A DNA stretch of 14,170 bases from Fidelibacterota bacterium (lineage in GTDB: Bacteria; Fidelibacterota; Marinisomatia; Marinisomatales; JABMOV01). The stretch is taken from positions 1 to 14,170 of the forward strand of contig JBHHUC010000059.1 in the NCBI GenBank assembly GCA_046861395.1. Direction: 5' to 3'. Below are positions 8,340 through 14,170 of the stretch, piece by piece; the first letter of the stretch is position 1; each line of letters begins with the position of its first letter. The position numbers and the translations under genes are program-made. A model generated the notes under the pieces. It was not told where the DNA came from and made no database searches. It saw only the letters and a list, made by a program, of their open reading frames with translations.

Positions 8340-9445
8340 GGTAGAATTTCTCCCAGAGAACGTGCTTTTGCCAGCGTTTCGTCGTATTCAGACGCGGGAT
8401 CAGAATCAATGGTAATTCCCCCGCCAACGCCCAGGAACAGGGATTGGTTATTCCGGAGGATTGTACGAATTGCGATGGACCAGTCACTGTCACCGTTGGG
8501 ATACTGTAACCCGATGGTTCCAGTATAAATTCCCCGGGAATAATGTTCCAAATCTCCGATGAATTCTACTGCTCTTTTTTTTGGACAACCGCTGATGGAT
8601 CCGCCGGGCATACAGGACAGGACAGCCGAAATCGGTGCTAAGTCATCCAAGACACCGATAATGGCCGTATAGGTATGCCACAATTTTTCAAGTTTCATGA
8701 TAGCCCGGTGGGCCTGAATCCTGACAGAACCCGGTTTACAGATCCGACCGAGATCATTGCGTAAAAGATCGGTGATCATATCCAGCTCCGCGGCTTCCTT
8801 GGCACTATTGATCAAGCGAACTTTTTCGGCCCTATCCTCTGATTTTCCGTCCCTGGGAATGGTTCCTTTGATGGGCTCCGTCGTTATACGCCGGCCTCTG
8901 AAGCGCAGAAAAAGTTCCGGGGAAAAGCTCAATACGGAATAGTCGGTGGAGCGAATATATACTGCAAAACGGACGGCATTATGTTTCAACCGGTCCCGGT
9001 ACAGGATGTATTCCTTCCCTTCCCATTCGGCCTGTAAAAAATGGGTGAAGTTCACCTGATAGAATTCACCATCCCGGATATGATCCTGTATCTGCCGGAC
9101 GGACCGTAAATACTCCTCCCGGGATATGAGCGGACGAAAAACCGGCCGGACAAAATCAAATTCATTGTTGTCCCATTGATTCGGTTTGCTCTCGGAGGTA
9201 TAGGCGGCAAACAGGACCTGAGGCATCGGTACCAGTTCTGATTGCTGACCGTACAGTCCTAATTTGGTCCGTCCATAGTCATAGCTTATGAAACCGGCAA
9301 TGTACCGGCCACGATGCATTTGAAAAAAGTCTTCAATCTCGGCGGCTGTTGTATCCATATTGCCGGTAAGCACGTCAACCGGATGGCGCAGCACACATTC
9401 CTTCCACCCCTGGCGGGAAGAGCTGTTAAAGTGAAATTCGATCAT
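8336..9445 (-). CDS. pabB: Aminodeoxychorismate synthase component I (compact, 369 aa)
   Basis: GFISYDYG, YQVNFT, SPELFL, PIKGT at 8861-8875 (Lys nucleophile typical of ADC synthase, versus PIAGT in TrpE), MITDLLRNDLGR, PGGSISGCPK, RGIYTGTIG, IAIRT, GVGGGITIDS. Confidence 0.88.
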   Translation of the reverse strand: MIEFHFNSSSRQGWKECVLRHPVDVLTGNMDTTAAEIEDFFQMHRGRYIAGFISYDYGRTKLGLYGQQSELVPMPQVLFAAYTSESKPNQWDNNEFDFVRPVFRPLISREEYLRSVRQIQDHIRDGEFYQVNFTHFLQAEWEGKEYILYRDRLKHNAVRFAVYIRSTDYSVLSFSPELFLRFRGRRITTEPIKGTIPRDGKSEDRAEKVRLINSAKEAAELDMITDLLRNDLGRICKPGSVRIQAHRAIMKLEKLWHTYTAIIGVLDDLAPISAVLSCMPGGSISGCPKKRAVEFIGDLEHYSRGIYTGTIGLQYPNGDSDWSIAIRTILRNNQSLFLGVGGGITIDSDPASEYDETLAKARSLGEILP

Positions 9446-10004
9446 ATTCGAGTTGAAGAAAATTCAATACTATTTTTTCCCCTTCCGGCATAAGGAAAGA
9501 TTCGGGGTGGAACTGCAACCCAATGGTAGGATGGGATCGATGCCTGATTGCCATGATATCCCCGGCCCGGTCCCAGGCCGTAAGAATAAATTCCGACGGC
9601 ACCGATGCTATGACCAGGCTGTGATAGCGGGTCGCAGCAACCGGGTTTGGTATGTCACGAAATAATCCCGTTTCATCATGCCACAGGGTGGCGGTTTTTC
9701 CGTGTAGCATCCGCGCTGCCCGTTTCATTCCGCTCCCAAAGGCCAATCCAATGCATTGATGGCCCAAGCAGATTCCCAGAATGGGAATAGTTCCTGAAAA
9801 TGTTTGTACCGCCGCAACGGATACGCTGGCCGGATCCGGACGCCCCGGGCCCGGAGAAAGAATAATCTTATCCGGCTTTAAACGGGAAATGTCATCAATA
9901 CTGATCCGATCATATTGAACGACAGAATGGGCCAATCCCTGCGCAGCAATTATCTGAACCAGGTTGTAAGTAAAGGAGTCATAGTGATCAATGATTAAAA
10001 CCAT
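9426..10004 (-). CDS. pabA: Class I glutamine amidotransferase, ADC/anthranilate synthase component II
   Basis: IDHYDSFTYNL, LSPGPGRP, GICLGHQ (catalytic Cys), RYHSL, QFHPES (His-Glu). Overlaps pabB by 20 nt. Confidence 0.92.
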   Translation of the reverse strand: MVLIIDHYDSFTYNLVQIIAAQGLAHSVVQYDRISIDDISRLKPDKIILSPGPGRPDPASVSVAAVQTFSGTIPILGICLGHQCIGLAFGSGMKRAARMLHGKTATLWHDETGLFRDIPNPVAATRYHSLVIASVPSEFILTAWDRAGDIMAIRHRSHPTIGLQFHPESFLMPEGEKIVLNFLQLEYDRISL

Positions 10005-10022
10005 TCTTTAGCCCAAGGGAAA

Positions 10023-10712
10023 TTACAACCGGATACCAAGGATGGAACGAAACATGAATTCCGGTTGGTCCGTTGCAGTACTAAGGATTATCAGGGACCC
10101 CACGGCAATATAGCGTTTTTCATTTCCATGAGATATGACCGGCCCGATATAATGCCCCGCTTCGCTTCCCTTTATTTCCAGACCCAATTTCACTAATTCC
10201 GAAATTTCATAGGTCAAACCGGCTGTGTAGAAGGCCTCCGTTTCCCGGGACGGCAGACTCCATTCCAAACCGGGATTCACGGCCCAGATGATGTTATGCC
10301 AGGTCCGTGATAAAACAAATTTTCCTTCCACGGTTTGATTGACAAAGGAAGGGGTAGCCTGGTACTCCAGATACAAAAGGGGATCAGCCCCCAATACGCT
10401 ACCTCGGGACAGGCGGTAACGGAAGCGGACTTTGAATTTATCATATGCCAGAGCAGCATTTTTTATTTGTGAAAATTGCTGATAGATGCCCACATCAAAG
10501 GTACGTGTCATCCCGATTTCCAGTTCCATATTGTGAATGACGATATAATCCCTGTCAAAATGATTTTTATCTCTATAAACGGTAGTAAAATAATGTTCAA
10601 ATTCCGCATCGCCAGGGGCCATTGTCATTGCTTCATAGGTCCATACAAAACTGCGGTTATCGGACCACAGAACCGAAAATGATAAAAGAATAAGCGTTAT
10701 TGTTGTACGCAT
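10023..10712 (-). CDS. Exported hypothetical protein, probable outer-membrane beta-barrel
   Basis: Signal-peptide-like N-terminus; many alternating polar/hydrophobic strands (MELEIGMT, KVRFRYRL, PLLYLEYQ, YTAGLTYEI, KLGLEIKG, FRSILGIRL at the C-terminus). AAGGA RBS at 10721-10725 on the minus strand. Confidence 0.72.
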   Translation of the reverse strand: MRTTITLILLSFSVLWSDNRSFVWTYEAMTMAPGDAEFEHYFTTVYRDKNHFDRDYIVIHNMELEIGMTRTFDVGIYQQFSQIKNAALAYDKFKVRFRYRLSRGSVLGADPLLYLEYQATPSFVNQTVEGKFVLSRTWHNIIWAVNPGLEWSLPSRETEAFYTAGLTYEISELVKLGLEIKGSEAGHYIGPVISHGNEKRYIAVGSLIILSTATDQPEFMFRSILGIRL

Positions 10713-10724
10713 TGTCAGTTTCCT

Positions 10725-10753
10725 TTTTTATTGAGATTTGATCTCAATAAAAA
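10725..10753. promoter_or_regulatory. Perfect 13-3-13 palindrome, candidate Fur-family operator
   Basis: TTTTTATTGAGAT-TTG-ATCTCAATAAAAA directly upstream of the RBS of 10023-10712. The core TTGAGA-N5-TCTCAA resembles Fur-type boxes. No U-tract follows the stem on either strand. Confidence 0.65.
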
Positions 10754-10789
10754 TAAGAATATTTCAATCCGGACTCAATATTTCATATT

Positions 10790-11797
10790 TTAAAAGTGGC
10801 TGAGATAATCGATGAGGGGATATATGTCCAGCAGCTTGGAATAGGGAATGCCAGATTGCCAGACACCGCAAAGGCGAGCCACCAATACCAAGACGATAAA
10901 TCCTGCACCAATCCACCAGGCCATACGCTTTTGCGTCCAGTAATTCTCCTTCACCCCAAGCGTATCCAATTTCACCGACTGGTTCACCGGACAGATGGCG
11001 ACACAATTCATGCAGGCAGTACATTCAGCCGAACGAATTTCCTCCTTCTTATCCACCGGCAGGTAGGCCGGACAAACCTGGGCACATAACCCGCAATCAG
11101 TACAGGTTTCGGTATTTCGGGTAATAGAAGTGGGGCTGAAAAAGCTGAATAGACCAACAAAGGCACCATAGGGACAAAGATAGCGGCACCAGAAATTCCG
11201 GACAAGAAGGGAAGCAGCGGTCAGAATAAGTAGAACCAATCCTGTCAAAGCTGTCATCCGGGTAAAAAAGTGAAGCATTTTATGATCTGCGATAATCCAG
11301 TATCGGGTCTGAATGAACCCTTTCATACTGGGAACATCCATGGTTAATACGGCATAGACGAAAAAGAACATTAATAAATATTTAATCCCCCGTAAAGGTA
11401 TGTCCAGCCACTTGGGTAACTGATAATTCCGCCACATCATTTTTTGTCCCAGCCGCCACAGCCATTCCGACAATGTTCCGAGGGGACAAAACCAGCCGCA
11501 AAAGGCTTTTCGCATAAGCCATGATACAAGTATGGCAAAGGCTAAGATTATAACACCGGCGGGATGGACACGATCAAAGATACCGGTGGTAATGAACAAT
11601 TTCAGCGAAATCAATGACCCGATGGGCAGAAAGCCCTCGACACCCGGAGGACGGCTGATTATTTCTTCCTTCCCTTGGGCTAATTGTTGATCAAACAGAA
11701 TGAACTGAATACCGATCGCCACTGTGAGGATAAATATTGCCAGCTGAAACCAGTTGCGAAGAGACCAGGGATAGTGTCGTGACTTGTAACGTATCAT
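10790..11797 (-). CDS. yccM: YccM-like membrane 4Fe-4S binding electron-transport protein
   Basis: RPPGVEGFLPI, FCGWFCPLG, LDIPLRGIKY, WCRYLCPYG, two CxxCxxCxxxCP motifs (CTDCGLCAQVCP, CTACMNCVAICP) and several TM helices. ATG 11797 is preferred over 11878, but the start is uncertain. Confidence 0.85.
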   Translation of the reverse strand: MIRYKSRHYPWSLRNWFQLAIFILTVAIGIQFILFDQQLAQGKEEIISRPPGVEGFLPIGSLISLKLFITTGIFDRVHPAGVIILAFAILVSWLMRKAFCGWFCPLGTLSEWLWRLGQKMMWRNYQLPKWLDIPLRGIKYLLMFFFVYAVLTMDVPSMKGFIQTRYWIIADHKMLHFFTRMTALTGLVLLILTAASLLVRNFWCRYLCPYGAFVGLFSFFSPTSITRNTETCTDCGLCAQVCPAYLPVDKKEEIRSAECTACMNCVAICPVNQSVKLDTLGVKENYWTQKRMAWWIGAGFIVLVLVARLCGVWQSGIPYSKLLDIYPLIDYLSHF

Positions 11798-11926
11798 TTC
11801 CGCATCGTTCGTCGTGAATCGGAGTTCAAAGTTACAATTGGAGTAAACAGCAGTTAAATAGAATTGGAACCTTTTCATGTTCTAATTACAACAATATAAT
11901 CTTAATCATTCCTCTGCCACGAATGA

Positions 11927-11955
11927 TTGCATTTTCCATTCAATTGTAGTAAAAT
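11927..11955 (+). promoter_or_regulatory. Putative sigma70-type promoter for the tetR/acyl-CoA dehydrogenase operon
   Basis: TTGCAT (11927-11932), 17-nt spacer, TAAAAT (11950-11955). Confidence 0.6.
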
Positions 11956-11979
11956 AAACCGACCAGTCGGTCTATTTTA
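11950..11979. promoter_or_regulatory. Candidate TetR operator palindrome
   Basis: TAAAATAAACCGAC-CA-GTCGGTCTATTTTA: 14-bp arms with one mismatch, covering the -10 box and predicted start site and ending at the tetR ATG. Confidence 0.78.
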
Positions 11980-12590
11980 TGAATATCTTAAAACAAGATC
12001 AGCGTAAAGAGCAAATTCTGGAGGCGGCGTTGAAGGTCATTGTACGCAAAGGTTACGATGCGAGCCGCATGGATGATATTGTGATGGAATCGGGATTAAG
12101 CAAGGGTGCCATCTATTGGTACTATAAATCCAAAAAAGAAATCTACCTGTCCCTGGTGAACCATTGGGTTCTACACTACAGCGCCACCTTGAATCATATT
12201 GTGGAAAAGACCATTCCCGCTTCAGAACAATTGAATTCGCTCTTCCAATATTTTATCCAGCAATATGAATCCCGACCCGAAGTCTTTAATGCTCTGCTGG
12301 AGTTCTGGGCCCTGAGTAGTCGCGATCAGGATTTCCAACAGAAAGTCCAGGTTGTCTATTCCGAATTCCTAGCCCTTATCGAAACCATGATTCACCATGG
12401 AATTGAATCCGGCGAATTTGACCTGGAAGATGAACAAACAGCTGCTCTGTCAATCCTGATCAACATCGAAGGAATTATCTGGTTTACCATTTTCCGTCTG
12501 AATGGCGTTCAAGCCCGCCAGTACCTGGAAACCGTTTTCCGCTTCATCATAGCGGGATTAACATCAAAGTCTGAGGATAACCATGCCTAA
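11979..12590 (+). CDS. TetR/AcrR family transcriptional regulator
   Basis: N-terminal HTH ILEAALKVIVRKGYDASRMDDIVMESGLSKGAIYWYYKSKKEI; 203 aa. Confidence 0.95.
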   Translation: MNILKQDQRKEQILEAALKVIVRKGYDASRMDDIVMESGLSKGAIYWYYKSKKEIYLSLVNHWVLHYSATLNHIVEKTIPASEQLNSLFQYFIQQYESRPEVFNALLEFWALSSRDQDFQQKVQVVYSEFLALIETMIHHGIESGEFDLEDEQTAALSILINIEGIIWFTIFRLNGVQARQYLETVFRFIIAGLTSKSEDNHA

Positions 12591-14170
12591 AACTATTCCC
12601 AATACCGGAGGTAAATTTCTCATTGAACCTTTCGGCCACAGTCCTGCCTTCTGTCGCGAAAAATTCACAGAAGACCATCGTGATATAGAAGCAATGATCC
12701 TGGAATTTGCTCAGGATCGCATCGGAGGCCACAAAGATGATATTGAAAAATTTGATAAGAAATTAAGCCTCAACCTGCTCAAGGAAATGGGTGAGCTGGG
12801 TTTGCTGGGCGTGGACGTTCCTGAGGAATACGGTGGCCTGGAACTGGATAAAATTACGACCGCCATCGTGGCCGAATCCATGTCGGCCGGTATGAGTGCG
12901 TCCTTTACCACCACGTATTCGGTTCAGACCGGGATCGGCAGCCTGCCCATTGTCTGGTTCGGTACACCGGAACAGAAGGCAAAATATCTGCCCAAGCTGG
13001 TCACGGCCGAATGGGTCGGAGCCTACGGCTTGACGGAACCCACCTCCGGTTCGGATGCCCTGAGTGCCAAAACAACGGCCCGTCTTTCGGAAGATGGTCA
13101 ATATTACATAATCAACGGTCAGAAACAATTTATCACCAACGGTTCCTGGGCCGATGTTTATATCATTTTTGCTCAGGTGGACGGATCGAAATTCAGTGCT
13201 TTCATCGTGGAACGGGACACACCGGGATTTGAAGTCGGTCCGGAAGAAAAAAAGATGGGCATGAAAGGATCGTCCACCACGTCCCTCATGTTTACGGACA
13301 TGAAGGTGCCCGTAGAGAATCTCCTGTATGAAGTAGGCAAGGGAGCGGCCATCGCCTTCAATGCCTTGAATCTGGGTCGCTTCAAATTGGCTGCGTCCGA
13401 TTTGGGGGGCGCCAAGATTGTCATTCGGGAAGCCATTCAATACGCCAAGACACGGCGGCAATTCGGGCAACCTATCTCACATTTTGATGTCATCCGGGGA
13501 AAGGTCGCTGATATGGTCATCCGCACTTTTGCCGCTGACAGCATGATTTATCGAACCATCGGTTTAATCCAAGACCAGATAAACGAACTGGATGCTTCGT
13601 CTCCGGATTATTACCTGGAAATGGGTAAAGCCATGGAAAATTTTTCTATTGAAGCTTCCATGGCAAAAGTGTATGGCAGCGAAACCCTTTCCCTGTGTGC
13701 CGATAACGGCATCCAGATTCTTGGCGGATACGGTTTCATCGAGGAATATCCCATGGCCCGGATTTACCGCGACAACCGCATTGATCGTATCTGGGAAGGG
13801 ACCAATGAAATCAACCGGCAAATCATTGCCGGACACATGCTGAAAAAAGCACTCACGGAGGAATTACCAATCCGGGAGGCTATCCGTGACATTGAGAATT
13901 TCATGGACCGGGATGATAAACCCCTGGAATCCATTCCCGGTTTGGCGGCAGAAGTAACTGCACTGGAAACCAGTAAACGGCTGACGCTCTATCTTTTCCA
14001 TGAAGCGCTCTGCCAGTTTGGACAGGATTTGCGTCATGAACAGCAATTAACCGAAATCCTGGCCAACATGTTCACCGAAATTTATACCATGGAAAGTGTT
14101 CTGTCCCGCGTCACGTACATGATGACATCTTCACTGGCCGACAAAACGGTGGAAGCCATTGCCCGGGTAC
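12583..14170 (+). CDS. Acyl-CoA dehydrogenase, long form resembling Bacillus FadE; 3' end beyond the window
   Basis: Translated by hand from ATG 12583 (GAGGA at 12573-12577): MPKTIPNTGGKFLIE...VPEEYGGL...QKAKYLPKL...AYGLTEPTSGSDA...NGQKQFITNG...KMGMKGSST...RRQFGQPI...IQILGGYGFIEEYPMARIYRDNRIDRIWEGTNEINR. The frame is open to the window end. Confidence 0.95.
   Translation, partial: MPKTIPNTGGKFLIEPFGHSPAFCREKFTEDHRDIEAMILEFAQDRIGGHKDDIEKFDKKLSLNLLKEMGELGLLGVDVPEEYGGLELDKITTAIVAESMSAGMSASFTTTYSVQTGIGSLPIVWFGTPEQKAKYLPKLVTAEWVGAYGLTEPTSGSDALSAKTTARLSEDGQYYIINGQKQFITNGSWADVYIIFAQVDGSKFSAFIVERDTPGFEVGPEEKKMGMKGSSTTSLMFTDMKVPVENLLYEVGKGAAIAFNALNLGRFKLAASDLGGAKIVIREAIQYAKTRRQFGQPISHFDVIRGKVADMVIRTFAADSMIYRTIGLIQDQINELDASSPDYYLEMGKAMENFSIEASMAKVYGSETLSLCADNGIQILGGYGFIEEYPMARIYRDNRIDRIWEGTNEINRQIIAGHMLKKALTEELPIREAIRDIENFMDRDDKPLESIPGLAAEVTALETSKRLTLYLFHEALCQFGQDLRHEQQLTEILANMFTEIYTMESVLSRVTYMMTSSLADKTVEAIARV

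Noticed and set aside
8336..10004. Anthranilate synthase trpE/trpG assignment
   Set aside because: PIKGT rather than PIAGT, an adjacent class IV lyase-like gene and no other trp genes in the window favour pabB/pabA.
10725..10753. Intrinsic terminator for yccM
   Set aside because: AT-rich stem followed by A-tracts rather than U-tracts on both strands; fits a protein-binding operator better.
11798..11878. 27-codon N-terminal extension of yccM from the ORF track
   Set aside because: It runs into the AT-rich divergent regulatory region and shows no family-like sequence. ATG 11797 is preferred, but the longer start is not excluded.
12763..13470. 235-aa antisense ORF and neighbouring short ORFs up to 14046
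   Set aside because: Antisense or out-of-frame shadows of the acyl-CoA dehydrogenase.
1..14170. Genome-wide TGA reassignment (code 4 or 25)
   Set aside because: TGA ends genes at ATGA/TGATG overlaps (4314, 5630, 8336), Trp is encoded by TGG, and other long ORFs contain no internal TGA.

Overview
Gene-dense bacterial window with no RNA genes, CRISPR arrays or mobile elements visible. TGA is an ordinary stop in several genes, consistent with genetic code 11. From the left: (1) a small minus-strand putative lipoprotein. (2) A tightly coupled plus-strand operon (492-7572): LOG-family protein, two probably secreted amidohydrolase-superfamily proteins, ferredoxin/flavodoxin-NADP+ reductase, an AhpD/CMD-like peroxidase-related protein and DNA-3-methyladenine glycosylase I. 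(3) A convergent minus-strand block (7569 to ~11797): YccM-like 4Fe-4S membrane protein, a putative outer-membrane protein preceded by a perfect 13-3-13 palindrome (Fur-like box), then pabA-pabB-pabC. (4) A divergent TetR regulator with a sigma70-type promoter and operator palindrome, followed by a FadE-type acyl-CoA dehydrogenase that runs off the window and is missing from the ORF track. The main finding is that the two short ORFs 6436-6684 and 6721-6996 appear to be one gene. An in-frame TGA replaces the second Cys of the AhpD CxxC motif (C-H-Y-U), and a SECIS-like hairpin starts 11 nt after it, indicating a probable selenoprotein. All family assignments come from motif recognition by eye, not database searches.
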